A stretch of 64,000 bases of DNA, from positions 81,415 through 145,414 of the forward strand of contig CP066697.1 in the NCBI GenBank assembly GCA_016432625.1, written 5' to 3'. The translations under genes and the position numbers were made by a program. Below are positions 27,018-35,583 of this stretch, in pieces. Source of the DNA: Candidatus Berkelbacteria bacterium. Its GTDB lineage: Bacteria > Patescibacteriota > UBA1384 > 2-12-FULL-50-11. The notes under the pieces were generated by a model. The model saw only the letters and a list, made by a program, of their open reading frames with translations, was not told where the DNA came from and ran no database searches. Within the stretch, counting starts at the first letter, position 1. Every line of letters begins with the position of its first letter.

Positions 27018-28670
27018 TTATTCGCTAGATAGCGCTTGTTGGCCTAGTTTTTCAAGTTTGTACTGCGCCGCACGCTCCGCGGCCAAGCGGGTCAGCTCCG
27101 GATCTTCGCGACTATTAATAAATTTCATCGCCTTGGCGATCCGCGGATAAACTTTGGCGAATTGCTCGTACATTTTTAAGCAAATACGGCGATAGCCGGG
27201 GTGACCGTCGGGACCGGTGCGGAGTTCTAAGAAGTGAAATAGCGCCCGAGCGTTGAAGATATAGCGATAGCGCATTTTATGTCCAAGTAGGGTTGCGTAC
27301 TGCGCCTCGGCTTCAAAACCAGATGACCTTAAACGCTGATAGAGCTCGTAAGACAGCTCGAAACATTTTGTAAACTCTTCTTCGTAGCCGCCTTCTTTCA
27401 CGAGCGCGGGAATATGATAACCGTAGTCAGGCGTGAGGCGCTGCCACTCCTCGCCGTCGACAACGCGGTGGCGCTGCAGATCGCGAAAAGTCCCGTAGTC
27501 ATTTAAGATCTCCCATTCAAAATGAGCTTTCTCAAACGCCCGGCCTGGCTTATGTCGGCGGTTCAAGCGCTCGCCACAATACAACTTAAATAGCTGGTCA
27601 ACTTTTTTCTGCGGCCATTTTTGCACTTGGCGTCGGATCTCTTTTTGCGGTAAGTCTGAGTACGCGAAAAGCATTTCTGCTAGTAGTTCCTCCTCATTTT
27701 TTGGCCAGTGATCAAGGAGCATCACGTCGCCATCGCTGGTGCGGAGCTTGTCGTTGCTTGTGAGGTTGCGCTCGGCGAATTGCCTTAAATTAGTACGAGT
27801 GTTGGAGAGGAAGGCGGTGATCGCCCCACCACGTTCCGGCACATCGGCCCGTTTCAAAAATGGCCGTATTACTTTACGACACTCGGCCAGGGTTTTAGTA
27901 CCGACTGTGCGGAACTCCTCTAAATCTTCGCTCAACAGGCGCATCACGAGGTACTCAATCGCTTGGGCGCTGGCAAAAATCCCCACGGTTGATTTTGTAG
28001 CTGCCGGCAATACTGTCCGGATAGCGTCACAGGCCGTAGCGCGGGTAGAGTTTAGCCAGGCGGTACGTTCTTTGCGATCCGCCGGCTCGGGATTCTTGAC
28101 GCGTAAATGAGCCGCTAGTCCTCGGACCATCGATGAATAAAGATTGAAGATCTCATCCATCGTCTGGTTATAATCCTGAGCAATTTCGCTTGGCAGATTG
28201 GTCGGCGTGAAATACAGGTAGCGGCCATTGATGTCACGTGAGTCAAAGAAAATGTAGCGCGTTGATTGTTCGAGTGGCGAAGTAAATCGACCCCATTCCA
28301 AGGCTTTGGTCAGTAAGTTCGAAGCGCCCTCAACCACGAAGTACGCGCCCGCAAGCTGCTGAACGGAGTCATCACCGTAAGCGGTAATAACGCGATCAAA
28401 CAGTGCCTCCGCGTCTTCCTCGCCGGTTTGTGAAAATTCCTCAATCAGCGTCATCCGCAGGTCGCCTGCTCTTCGGCTAAGCCTGGCCATAGCGGCGCCA
28501 ATGATCGCTGGCGAGAGTTTGTCGGTGAACGAATAGACTTGGTCTCGCGTGTTAGTGACGATGGCGTCTAAGTAGGCGTAACCCTCGTCGCTAATTACTG
28601 GAACAAATTTTACGAACGGATTTTCTGTTTCGGAGGATTTGGCCATCAGCCTTGTGGTAACAGGCGACAA
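27018..28670 (-). CDS. ThyX-family (flavin-dependent thymidylate synthase-like) protein made of two fused ThyX-like domains
   Basis: N-domain has the ThyX motif as WGRFTSPLEQSTRY (the RHR is WGR) and ...SAQAIEYLVMRL; C-domain has HKPG..FEKAHFEWEI, LQRHRVVDGEEW (RHR kept, the Ser is Asp) and NARALFHFLELR...YRRI; both halves align to T. maritima ThyX. Confidence 0.6.
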   Translation of the reverse strand: MSPVTTRLMAKSSETENPFVKFVPVISDEGYAYLDAIVTNTRDQVYSFTDKLSPAIIGAAMARLSRRAGDLRMTLIEEFSQTGEEDAEALFDRVITAYGDDSVQQLAGAYFVVEGASNLLTKALEWGRFTSPLEQSTRYIFFDSRDINGRYLYFTPTNLPSEIAQDYNQTMDEIFNLYSSMVRGLAAHLRVKNPEPADRKERTAWLNSTRATACDAIRTVLPAATKSTVGIFASAQAIEYLVMRLLSEDLEEFRTVGTKTLAECRKVIRPFLKRADVPERGGAITAFLSNTRTNLRQFAERNLTSNDKLRTSDGDVMLLDHWPKNEEELLAEMLFAYSDLPQKEIRRQVQKWPQKKVDQLFKLYCGERLNRRHKPGRAFEKAHFEWEILNDYGTFRDLQRHRVVDGEEWQRLTPDYGYHIPALVKEGGYEEEFTKCFELSYELYQRLRSSGFEAEAQYATLLGHKMRYRYIFNARALFHFLELRTGPDGHPGYRRICLKMYEQFAKVYPRIAKAMKFINSREDPELTRLAAERAAQYKLEKLGQQALSSE

Positions 28671-28679
28671 TAGTATATG

Positions 28680-29408
28680 TCAAGCAAAGTGATACTTCTT
28701 GGATACAATACGCCAAACTTTATCGCTAATTTCCTCACGGCTCAGTTGCTCACCGTTCTTAGAACAATCTACAATTGGCCAATTGAAACGCCTAGCTAAC
28801 TTCGGGTAATAACTATTAACGCTCTCCATGTAAGCTAAGTCTTGCTCGTGTCGGTCGCGTTCGGCGACCTGAGCATGCGTCTTGCCTCCACTTTTGGCCA
28901 TGAATTCTCGTCTTCGTTTTTCGGTTTGTTCAGCGCGCACCGCTGCCGGTAGTGTCAAGATCAAAACCAAATCTGGCTTAGGCAGCTCGAAATACTCGTG
29001 CTGCAAATAGGTTAGAACTTTAATGAAGTGCTCCTGTTCCTTCTTGTTTTTAAACTTGACCGTTTGATGCGCCAAATTGGATTCGACGTAACGATCACAA
29101 ACCACCCAATTGCCTTTCTTTAATTCAGGGATCATTGAGTTGACGGCAACAACACGGCGGTCGAGCTCATAGAGCATACTTGCCTGCAGCGGATCGCCGG
29201 CGATGACTTCATCCAGCGCTTCGCCTCTCCCCAAATAACGGCTTACTAGACCGCCCCAAAAGCTATCGTAATCGGGGAAGGTGTAGAAAATTGCCTTGGC
29301 GGGCGAAATCCGTCCCGACTTATTCAGTCTTTCAACGAAGAGTTGAGTTTGCGTCCGTTTGCCAACCCCATCATTGCCGCCGAAAACGATCACTTTACCT
29401 TTAGCCAT
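28680..29408 (-). CDS. tmk: thymidylate (dTMP) kinase
   Basis: IVFGGNDGVGKRTQ P-loop; DRYVESNLAHQ is the Tmk DRY...AYQ motif. Confidence 0.75.
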   Translation of the reverse strand: MAKGKVIVFGGNDGVGKRTQTQLFVERLNKSGRISPAKAIFYTFPDYDSFWGGLVSRYLGRGEALDEVIAGDPLQASMLYELDRRVVAVNSMIPELKKGNWVVCDRYVESNLAHQTVKFKNKKEQEHFIKVLTYLQHEYFELPKPDLVLILTLPAAVRAEQTEKRRREFMAKSGGKTHAQVAERDRHEQDLAYMESVNSYYPKLARRFNWPIVDCSKNGEQLSREEISDKVWRIVSKKYHFA

Positions 29409-29477
29409 AACTCACATATAGCCGAGTTTTGCATTTAAACGAAGCCCCGCCTTCCTTGCGGTTGGCGGGGTTCGGAT

Positions 29478-30152
29478 TCATCTGCTTCGGCTGCGCCGTC
29501 TTTGCGACAGTTTCTCCTTGACGAAGCTTTCGATCATCCGTTTCAGGCGAGCGGAGCGACGGGGCGGTTTCGGGTCTTTGGCCGGTTTCATCCATTTGAT
29601 ACTCCGGCCGATCGGCTCGATGGCCGGATCAGGGTACGGTACGCCATGCGAATCACAAAGGCTGCGGTAACCGGCTTCGTTGACCACGGCGCTGTGGCGA
29701 TCGTCGCCGTCCCTTTTCCAACGAGGGGCAAGCGAGTTGATCATGCCCATCAGTTCCGATAGTTCTTCAGGACTGCCGTAAAAGGCACTGAGCTGGATCG
29801 TTACCCGGTGGGCAAAGTAGGACTGGTCGCGAGCGATTTGATGGACCTCGGGACCAGTTATTTGCTCGGCCAGTTCCGGGTTGATTGCCAGTTCTTCTAG
29901 ATCGAAGGCCGCCTCGCCCCCGAGGTCTGGAAGTCGGGCACTCTCGACGTAGAGACCCTGAATTTCTAGTATTCGTTTCAGGATTGTTGCCTTCTCATCG
30001 GCGCAGTCTTTGGATTTCTCGTTGACGAGGGAGTGACGTCGCAATAGGTAACGTAACTCCCGCATTTCCCTTCTCGTCCTTGCTGGCCTGTCCCGGCCGG
30101 GCATTACGCGAAGGAAAAGTTGACCTCGTTCACTATTACGATCATTACTCAC
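29478..30152 (-). CDS. hypothetical Arg-rich protein (GC about 58%)
   Basis: 224-aa ORF in the operon orientation of thyX-like and tmk; no motif recognised and the frame choice is uncertain. Confidence 0.3.
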   Translation of the reverse strand: MSNDRNSERGQLFLRVMPGRDRPARTRREMRELRYLLRRHSLVNEKSKDCADEKATILKRILEIQGLYVESARLPDLGGEAAFDLEELAINPELAEQITGPEVHQIARDQSYFAHRVTIQLSAFYGSPEELSELMGMINSLAPRWKRDGDDRHSAVVNEAGYRSLCDSHGVPYPDPAIEPIGRSIKWMKPAKDPKPPRRSARLKRMIESFVKEKLSQRRRSRSR

Positions 30153-30230
30153 GGTTTTCTCCTATATGAAGTACTCCTCGGCACAGCCGAGGCTAAGGTC
30201 GAATCACTTCGGCCCTAGCCGAGTTGAGCC

Positions 30231-30608
30231 TTAGTTGGCGTAAGCTTCAGCGTAAGCGTTGCCGTATTGGTCGACACCGGCGGTTGCCCAGGCGTTGGCG
30301 TCCGCGGTTGCCCGAGTCTCGTAGCTGATAGTAACGACCGCTTGATCGGCAATTACGGCACTACGACTAGCAGGCTTGGCTTGTCGTCTTTTTGGCGTGG
30401 CGGGCTTAGCAGGTTTCTGTGGCGCAGGGGGCGTTGGAGTAACTTGTAGGGTAGGCGTCGGAGCCGGTATAGCTTGCTCAACTTTTTTATCGTCAGTTTT
30501 TTTGACAATTTCATTAGGTCGTTTTATCGCGACGGCAATTGCCCAGACGAACCCAACTACAAAAATCGCGAAGGCGATAGCGAGAATTACTTTAACCACA
30601 TTAGTCAT
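30231..30608 (-). CDS. N-terminally anchored Pro/Ala-rich membrane protein
   Basis: TM helix, then a PAPTPTLQVTPTPPAPQKPAKP low-complexity linker. Confidence 0.4.
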   Translation of the reverse strand: MTNVVKVILAIAFAIFVVGFVWAIAVAIKRPNEIVKKTDDKKVEQAIPAPTPTLQVTPTPPAPQKPAKPATPKRRQAKPASRSAVIADQAVVTISYETRATADANAWATAGVDQYGNAYAEAYAN

Positions 30609-30784
30609 TGTGACTGGAGTTTAACGAAAATTACCCGAGCTGTCCAGAGTAACGATCGTAAAAATAAAGGAACGACCGCTGCCGCGGTCGAACCAAATTC
30701 AACATTATTTTATGCAGCCATTGTCCTACCCGAAGTCCAAAATTAATATGGCAATTCTTATAAAAAGAGCCCTCGCGCGTAATA

Positions 30785-31045
30785 TTAAAGAAGTTGAGCG
30801 AGTGCGATTAAGGCGATTAGCGCCCAGATGATATTTAGGGCCGCCGGCTGGTAGTCCTTTTTGGCTACAGAATGGAAGATTATCCCAATAGCCCCAATAA
30901 AGTTGAGGATCTGATAGGTGCTTGTTTGGCTAGCGAAAACATCGAAGCTCACCATCGCATATGCCAGGATAATTAAGGCAACGCTGAGCCAGCCGATAAT
31001 CTCTATTATTAGATGGGTTTTTTGACGTGACGAAGACAGCTTCAT
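30785..31045 (-). CDS. small three-TM membrane protein (PQ-loop/SemiSWEET-like?)
   Basis: start placed at the ATG at 31045, which overlaps the HD-gene stop (ATGA coupling). Confidence 0.4.
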   Translation of the reverse strand: MKLSSSRQKTHLIIEIIGWLSVALIILAYAMVSFDVFASQTSTYQILNFIGAIGIIFHSVAKKDYQPAALNIIWALIALIALAQLL

Positions 31046-31635
31046 CGTTTCCAGTCCCCAGAGTTGTGGCGGTTTCGCGCTTGGAAATGCCAAGCGTGCG
31101 GATCGGCGTTCTCGATCTCGTCCCAAAGAGTCTTAGCGGTTTTAGTATAGAGTTTGTGTCCTTTAACTTGTTGTCGTCGTCGCGCACCCCACAACTTTTT
31201 TAGAGGGCTACCGTGGACTTGTTGCTCCCGGAGTTCGAGTTCAACGTCCAAGGTGTCAGCGTCTTTGACAATTTTCGCTTCGATGCAATCGAACCGTTCG
31301 TATTCTTCCCAGATATCGACGAACTCTTTAAGCGAAGTAGAGGCCAGCATATCGTTAATAGCCAATTGCTCGTTTCGCGTTGTGTAGAGCCGAGAAACGT
31401 AATGTACGTCCCCCGTGCGAGACTCGGGGAGATCGTGCACTAGAGCCATTTTCAAGAGCTTCTCGCCGTTTACTTCTTTTTCCTTGGACGCAATGAGCAG
31501 AGCAACCCACATCAGACGGAAAGTGTGTTCGCTGACGTTGGCAAAATCGGCTCCTAAAAACTGACGCCATGTCCGTTGCACATGACGCAGAGTCCCTACT
31601 TCGAAGAGAAAGTTAATATCACTAACCTTTGGCAT
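31042..31635 (-). CDS. HD-domain phosphohydrolase (YfbR-like 5'-deoxynucleotidase family)
   Basis: EHTFRLMWVA...LVHDLPESRTGDV...DADTLD are the HD motifs. Confidence 0.7.
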   Translation of the reverse strand: MPKVSDINFLFEVGTLRHVQRTWRQFLGADFANVSEHTFRLMWVALLIASKEKEVNGEKLLKMALVHDLPESRTGDVHYVSRLYTTRNEQLAINDMLASTSLKEFVDIWEEYERFDCIEAKIVKDADTLDVELELREQQVHGSPLKKLWGARRRQQVKGHKLYTKTAKTLWDEIENADPHAWHFQARNRHNSGDWKR

Positions 31636-31671
31636 AGTCAGACTGTATCACGAACCAGGGCCGTCGCAACT

Positions 31672-31688
31672 GAGCGGGTAACGGGAAT
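31672..31688 (-). repeat. 17-nt direct repeat of the tRNA-Gly 3' end (att-like scar)
   Basis: GAGCGGGTAACGGGAAT, identical to 31740..31756 inside the tRNA; a 10-bp hairpin CTTTACGCAA-ataa-TTGCGTAAAG lies between the copies. Confidence 0.6.
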
Positions 31689-31740
31689 TTTCGCTACGCT
31701 CAACTTTACGCAAATAACTTGCGTAAAGCCGAACTCGTCG

Positions 31741-31811
31741 AGCGGGTAACGGGAATCGAACCCGTAACCTCTCCTTGGAAGGGAGATATTTAACCATTAA
31801 ACTATACCCGC
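31741..31811 (-). tRNA. tRNA-Gly (anticodon UCC), U73 discriminator
   Basis: GCGGGTA-TA-GTTT-AATGGTTA-AAT-A-TCTCC-CUUCCAA-GGAGA-GGTT-ACGGG-TTCGATT-CCCGT-TACCCGC-T. Confidence 0.85.
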
Positions 31812-31849
31812 AATTTCTCGGTAATTTTCTCAGAAATAGCCAAGTAAAT

Positions 31850-32203
31850 CTACCGGCCGCGGGCCATCTCAAAGACAGCTTTTAGCGCAACGATTAAAAT
31901 TGCCGGCGCCACGAATTGGGTGATGTTCCACAGGATCGCATCCATGTAACCGCCGACCCATGGTAGTGATTGGACGCCGCCGCTACCTACTACTAGAAGG
32001 GCGATACCGGCAACCAGAAATTTTGTCGTCTCACGAGCACTGATATTAAGAAAGCCGATTACCAACCCAAGTCCCGCCATGGTGGGCGTTACCCACGGCG
32101 CCTCTGCCCCACCGGGCGATACAGCCAACACGATCGCTGCAATTAAACCAGCAAAAAATGCCCATTCTCCCCAAGTTGTTTCCTGAACCTTTTGTTCTGC
32201 CAT
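31850..32203 (-). CDS. membrane protein, hypothetical
   Basis: 117-aa ORF with three or four TM segments. Confidence 0.4.
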   Translation of the reverse strand: MAEQKVQETTWGEWAFFAGLIAAIVLAVSPGGAEAPWVTPTMAGLGLVIGFLNISARETTKFLVAGIALLVVGSGGVQSLPWVGGYMDAILWNITQFVAPAILIVALKAVFEMARGR

Positions 32204-32233
32204 TTGTCCTCCTTATTAACTATTGAAGCACGT

Positions 32234-32551
32234 TTACATTCCCGCCTGCCAACCGTACTTCTTTAAGTCTACCCAAAACTGGCCGTTTTGTTCGGACACG
32301 GTAACGCCATCTTCTTGTAATAACCCGGCCTGCATGGCTGGCGGGTGCTCTAGGCAAGTTGTGGAAATCATGCCTTTAGAATTGATTACCCTTTGCCACG
32401 GCAAGTTATAGACTTCCGTTTGATGATGAAGGATCTGCCCCACAACAATTGCTGCTCGGGGTGTGCCGGCAAGCGCCGCGACCTGCCCGTACGTAGCAAC
32501 TTTGCCCCGTGGAATCGATTTGATTATTTTCACTACCTTAGAGGCGAACAT
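32234..32551 (-). CDS. alkyltransferase-like (ATL) protein; MGMT-family DNA-binding domain with Trp in place of the active-site Cys
   Basis: IPRGKVATYGQVAALAGTPRAAIVVGQIL...PWQRVIN, against the canonical PCHRV. Confidence 0.7.
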   Translation of the reverse strand: MFASKVVKIIKSIPRGKVATYGQVAALAGTPRAAIVVGQILHHQTEVYNLPWQRVINSKGMISTTCLEHPPAMQAGLLQEDGVTVSEQNGQFWVDLKKYGWQAGM

Positions 32552-33063
32552 TAAATCTGATTGAGTTCAAGAATCGTAACCGCGTCACCAACGTTGAAGT
32601 ACTGGCTTTGCCCAGCGTTAAGCTCGAGAACGTAATCTACCGGCGCCGGTGGGCGATAATTTGGCAAATCTTGAGGCTGGGCACCAATTTTTGGCGGCGG
32701 CGCGTTCTTTTCAACGCCAATGACCTTGCCGTTGGCAATCCAGACAATATCAAGCGCAAACCGCATGTCTTTCATCCAGAAAGGTACGGTTTGAGGCGGC
32801 GAAAAGGGGAAGATCATTGCGTCGGTCTCTGGCATTGAGTCGCGACCGGATAATCCCAGAGCTTGTTCCTCAGTAGTTTTAGCAACCTCGGCGTTATAGT
32901 TACGATTATTAATCGTCACCAAACTCACCTTCTTTTGAACTTGCCGCGCATCGTTCTCATAAGCGCGAAAACTTGCCGGACCACTGAATGCCCGGTAGAG
33001 GAACGCGAAAATCAGGCCAAAAGCCAGTAGCGTCACAACGCTAATGAGGATTTTTTTGTTCAT
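32551..33063 (-). CDS. DUF192 domain protein (secreted)
   Basis: signal peptide; GLSGRDSMPETDAMIFPF...FWMKDMRFALDIVWI is the DUF192 pattern. Confidence 0.65.
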   Translation of the reverse strand: MNKKILISVVTLLAFGLIFAFLYRAFSGPASFRAYENDARQVQKKVSLVTINNRNYNAEVAKTTEEQALGLSGRDSMPETDAMIFPFSPPQTVPFWMKDMRFALDIVWIANGKVIGVEKNAPPPKIGAQPQDLPNYRPPAPVDYVLELNAGQSQYFNVGDAVTILELNQI

Positions 33064-33322
33064 CTTCCTTGTCCCCTCCCCATTGCAGCCTCGGCTTTTC
33101 GCCGGTAACGAAGGTAATTATTAGTAGAACCAGAGTTAGTCCAATAAGCGGCAAGAAGAATTCAATCAAACTGTCGCTCACAGAGTGTGAGCCCCCATCG
33201 ATTTTAAGAAAGATTGAAACCAGGCCACCGGTATAAACGCCCAAAACTAGCCAGCCTTGCCACGATGCAGGATACCAACCGTAACCGTACTTTTTTCGCC
33301 GGAACCAATAGTTCTTTTCCAT
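33041..33322 (-). CDS. small membrane protein, hypothetical
   Basis: 93-aa ORF with two TM segments. Confidence 0.35.
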   Translation of the reverse strand: MEKNYWFRRKKYGYGWYPASWQGWLVLGVYTGGLVSIFLKIDGGSHSVSDSLIEFFLPLIGLTLVLLIITFVTGEKPRLQWGGDKEDEQKNPH

Positions 33323-33397
33323 GCCGGCTCAGTATACCCGACGACCAAGGTTCACGACAGTCGACGAGGTGGCTTTAACTCGGGTAGAATATCAATA

Positions 33398-34153
33398 ATG
33401 TCGAATGCCTGGTTTGCCACAATTGCGTCTGTGACAGTTGTCAGTCTTGTCTCTTTGATCGGAGCATTCGTTATCGCTGTTCATGACCGCAGGAGTGAGG
33501 ATGAAGAATATTCGCCCTTCATGCATTTTCTGATTGCTCTGGCCGTTGGCGCCCTACTCGGTGACGCAATGATCCACCTTTTACCTGAGGCATTTGCCGA
33601 GGCCGGACAAATAGCCTCACTCTATGTTGGCGGCGGGTTCATTGTCTTTCTTATTCTGGAGAAGTTCCTACACTGGCGTCATCACCATCGGCAACAAGTT
33701 AAAAACCGTATTGAGCCTGTCGGCGTGATGAACCTAGTTGGTGACGGCCTCCACAATTTTATTGACGGAGCGCTAATTGCCGCTTCGTATCTAATATCCT
33801 TTCCAATCGGCTTGGCAACCACAATTGCCGTCGTCTTGCACGAGATTCCGCAAGAGTTAGGCGATTACGCCATCCTGCGCAGTGCCGGGTTCAGTAAGCG
33901 CTCGGCCATCTTCTTTAACTTCGTATCCGCCTTGTTCGCTATCGTTGGTGCCGTCGTCGTACTCTCGACGACAATTAATGTTATCGCTACCGCGCCCCTC
34001 ATACTTGCGTTCACGGCGGGTGGATTCATCTATATCGTCCTAATTCTATTGAAAAAACTTGGCGAAGAACTAACGGCCAGTCGGACGTTTGGACATATTG
34101 CCTCTATCGTCCTCGGCATCCTACTGATGTGGGCGTTGAAGTTTATCGAGTAA
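33398..34153 (+). CDS. zupT: ZIP-family zinc transporter (ZupT-like)
   Basis: HHHRQQ loop, HNFIDG, HEIPQELGDYAIL are the ZIP signatures; start at the ATG at 33398. Confidence 0.75.
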   Translation: MSNAWFATIASVTVVSLVSLIGAFVIAVHDRRSEDEEYSPFMHFLIALAVGALLGDAMIHLLPEAFAEAGQIASLYVGGGFIVFLILEKFLHWRHHHRQQVKNRIEPVGVMNLVGDGLHNFIDGALIAASYLISFPIGLATTIAVVLHEIPQELGDYAILRSAGFSKRSAIFFNFVSALFAIVGAVVVLSTTINVIATAPLILAFTAGGFIYIVLILLKKLGEELTASRTFGHIASIVLGILLMWALKFIE

Positions 34154-34399
34154 GTTATCCCGCCCTGGTTGATCTTACACGGCAAAATACTATAATACCC
34201 AAGTGAAAAAGCTCCTTATCTTGGCAAGAATCGTACGCCACTTGCCGCAACTCATTTCGATCCAGTATCGGATATGGCGGCTTCGGCGCGAGCGACGAGA
34301 CATCCTTCGCCATGGCGCACGGAGGATCATTCATCTCACGCCGGAACAGCGCAAGCTCATGGGATTCCCCGAGTAGTGGCGGACCCCCGATCCGGCGAT

Positions 34400-34430
34400 G
34401 CGGGCACGAACGTTGTGCCCGCATTTTTTT
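34400..34430 (+). terminator. rho-independent terminator for plus-strand transcription
   Basis: GCGGGCAC-GAACGTT-GTGCCCGC followed by ATTTTTTT. Confidence 0.6.
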
Positions 34431-34431
34431 G

Positions 34432-34505
34432 TCGGGGTGGTGAGACTCGAACTCACGACCTCCTGCTCCCAAAGCAGGCACGCTAGCCAACTGCGCCACA
34501 CCCCG
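34432..34505 (-). tRNA. tRNA-Pro (anticodon UGG), C1:G72
   Basis: CGGGGTG-TG-GCGC-AGTTGGCTA-GCGT-G-CCTGC-UUUGGGA-GCAGG-AGGTC-GTGAG-TTCGAGT-CTCAC-CACCCCG-A. Confidence 0.85.
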
Positions 34506-34561
34506 AATACCCACAATTCTACCTGTTCACAGGCTAAAAATGAAGAGAGTAGCGACCTTTT

Positions 34562-34969
34562 CTAGAGATAGATCCGGCCAATGGTGAAGATGGCGATAAA
34601 AGCAATTAAAGACGCCCAGGCAAGAGATGTGAGCCCTTTTGTTGCATTGCCGTTACCGGTAAGCGCCGCTTCGACTTTCGCGTTAATTAGCCGAACCGCG
34701 ACAAAATAATCAAGGGCGATTAATACGAGTTTAGCCCAAAACAATTTGTCACCCTTAAGCTCCGCCCAGTCCTCAAAGGCAAGGTAAAGCCCCGCCAAAA
34801 CCGTCACGCCCATGGCATAAACGCCGAAACGGCGAATAATCTGAATCGCTTTCAGCCTAGTTTCATCGAGAGGCTTACCAAGCGCCAAAGCTAGTGAGAA
34901 AAAGACGATCCCCAAGACTACCGCTGCGCCGAACAGATGTATTAGTAGGACTAAACGGTGCACACTCAT
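34562..34969 (-). CDS. four-TM membrane protein, hypothetical
   Basis: 135-aa hydrophobic ORF. Confidence 0.45.
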   Translation of the reverse strand: MSVHRLVLLIHLFGAAVVLGIVFFSLALALGKPLDETRLKAIQIIRRFGVYAMGVTVLAGLYLAFEDWAELKGDKLFWAKLVLIALDYFVAVRLINAKVEAALTGNGNATKGLTSLAWASLIAFIAIFTIGRIYL

Positions 34970-35575
34970 CTACGGGGCGATCTTGAAGGTAGCGACGACG
35001 TTTTTGGCATCAGCGTAAACGGCGCTTAGATCATCAGGAATTGCCTGAGCTTGACTCCAGCCCCAGTAGTAGTTGGCGTTATGACCCATTTCGGTCGGCT
35101 TATTGGCCTCTTCTTGAGAAGCAGTCCATTGCGCCGGCGAGTAGACGCTTACGGCAAAAACACTGGCGTATTTCGCGTCGTGGTCAGTAGCGGCCGTTGT
35201 CCAGACGGTATCAGACGAGGTTGTTGGCATCGTGACGTAGCAAGTGATGATGGCGTAGTCAGGCTTTACTTCCTTGATCTTATACCCTGTCCATTTGTCA
35301 CCAAATTCCAGGGAAAAGGCATATGCTTTATCGCCACAAGCGAGATTACTGACTGTGGCCGTTTCTGTTGTTGTCGTGCTCGTGCTTTCCGTTGTCGTCG
35401 CGGTGTCAGACTTTTTGACTTTCTGTGCCGAGTAATCAGTAGTGTCAGGCTGGCTGTAAGTTGCCTGAATAAAGTACGCTAAGGCGCCAATAACAACCAA
35501 GGCAAAAATCAACAGCACTACCTTCATGCTAGTCGTGGCGTTGTCGTGGCCATCAAGATGCTCGTTTAATTCCAT
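34970..35575 (-). CDS. N-terminally anchored Thr-rich surface protein, paralog A
   Basis: conserved N-terminal M-ELNEHLDGHDNATTSMKVVLLIFALVVIGALAYF anchor plus PDTTDYSAQKVK and a Thr-rich linker, shared with the next gene. Confidence 0.5.
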   Translation of the reverse strand: MELNEHLDGHDNATTSMKVVLLIFALVVIGALAYFIQATYSQPDTTDYSAQKVKKSDTATTTESTSTTTTETATVSNLACGDKAYAFSLEFGDKWTGYKIKEVKPDYAIITCYVTMPTTSSDTVWTTAATDHDAKYASVFAVSVYSPAQWTASQEEANKPTEMGHNANYYWGWSQAQAIPDDLSAVYADAKNVVATFKIAP

Positions 35576-35583
35576 GTTCCTCC

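Noticed and set aside
31648-31872. 74-aa minus-strand ORF
   Set aside because: It covers tRNA-Gly and its att-like repeat.
34155-34516. ORFs of 119 and 61 aa on the minus strand, and a 70-aa ORF on the plus strand
   Set aside because: They overlap tRNA-Pro(UGG) and the terminator; the region is better explained as non-coding (see the small-RNA candidate).
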